A stretch of DNA of 64,000 bases from Narcine bancroftii (lineage: Eukaryota), in assembly GCF_036971445.1 (NCBI RefSeq), contig NC_091470.1, forward strand, positions 33,976,001-34,040,000, read 5' to 3'. A model generated the notes under the pieces. The model was not told where the DNA came from. It ran no database searches and worked only from the letters and a program-made list of their open reading frames with translations. A program made the translations under genes and the position numbers. Positions 63,355 to 64,000 of the stretch are shown in pieces (the first letter of the stretch is position 1; every line of letters starts with the position of its first letter).

Positions 63355-64000
63355 ATCTAGACTATTTTTGAACTGCATTCATCAAACCCATCACATAATG
63401 TTTTAACGTTCTTAATTCTCGCTCAATAAAATTTAAGATCACATTGCTCCTAACCATTTTACAGGCAATAGTCAATTTCACTGTACTCACCTCATGATTT
63501 CTAAAAACAAGTGTTATCCACTTTGATAACACTTGAACTGGAGACTATCCTGGATAAAGTATAGTACTGACATCCTACTGTAATGCTGTACATTCACCTC
63601 TCCAAGGCTAGCACAGTCTGGCAGTAGTACGTTTCACCTATAGAATGTTCTCCAGAAACTTCCTGTGGCGACTTGAACAACACCATCTAAAATAGTGATT
63701 CTGCCACCTGGTAACATGAAGGTAGCAGGGACAAGGGAATATTGCCACCTGCAAATTTCTCATACCATCCTGACTTGGAATTATAACACTGTTCCTTCAT
63801 CACCACAAGAATTAATTCTCAGACTCCTTACCAAATAGCACTCTGGGAGTTTACTGGATGGGGAAAAGGATTTCAAGAAATTGGTTTGACTTCCACAGGG
63901 CATTAAAGCATGTTTATTAAATACTGGCTTTGCCAATTTCCCAGAAAACTGCAAATAATTTTTTTAAAAAGGAAAATGGTGTCATGCAAATTATTGCTCA

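Noticed and set aside
59047-64000. ATXN3 exon 7 or a CAG/polyQ tract
   Set aside because: No YSIFVV-like exon or CAG run found; presumably beyond the window end.

Overview
Eukaryotic (vertebrate) genomic DNA, very probably a cartilaginous fish (shark/ray), judging from HE1/V-SINE-like SINEs and the CR1, Rex1, RTE and Penelope repeat mix. It holds the conserved CPSF2(-) / NDUFB1(+) / ATXN3(+) cluster. CPSF2: 12 coding exons, 24533 down to 2020; the C-terminal exons lie off the left edge. NDUFB1: complete 57-aa CDS, head-to-head with CPSF2 across a GC-rich promoter at ~26.6-27.8 kb. ATXN3: coding exons 1-6 (Josephin domain, catalytic C14/H119/N134 intact). All exons have GT-AG boundaries and join in frame. 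The long ORFs in the track are mostly translations of tandem repeats or retroelements. I found no new protein-coding system or CRISPR array. The most unusual signals are in mobile DNA: an RTE LINE with a 5' inversion and 11-bp TSD (twin-priming-like), a nested L1 > solo-LTR > RTE insertion, a 69-bp minisatellite that appears to have arisen inside a CR1 reverse-transcriptase segment, a 5S rRNA-headed SINE, and a Tigger-like MITE family carrying a SINE head. There are also G-rich 25-bp minisatellites behind two first exons and a short uORF before the ATXN3 ATG. All coordinates were read by eye; repeat boundaries without TSD/TIR support are approximate, and family names come from recalled motifs, not database searches.
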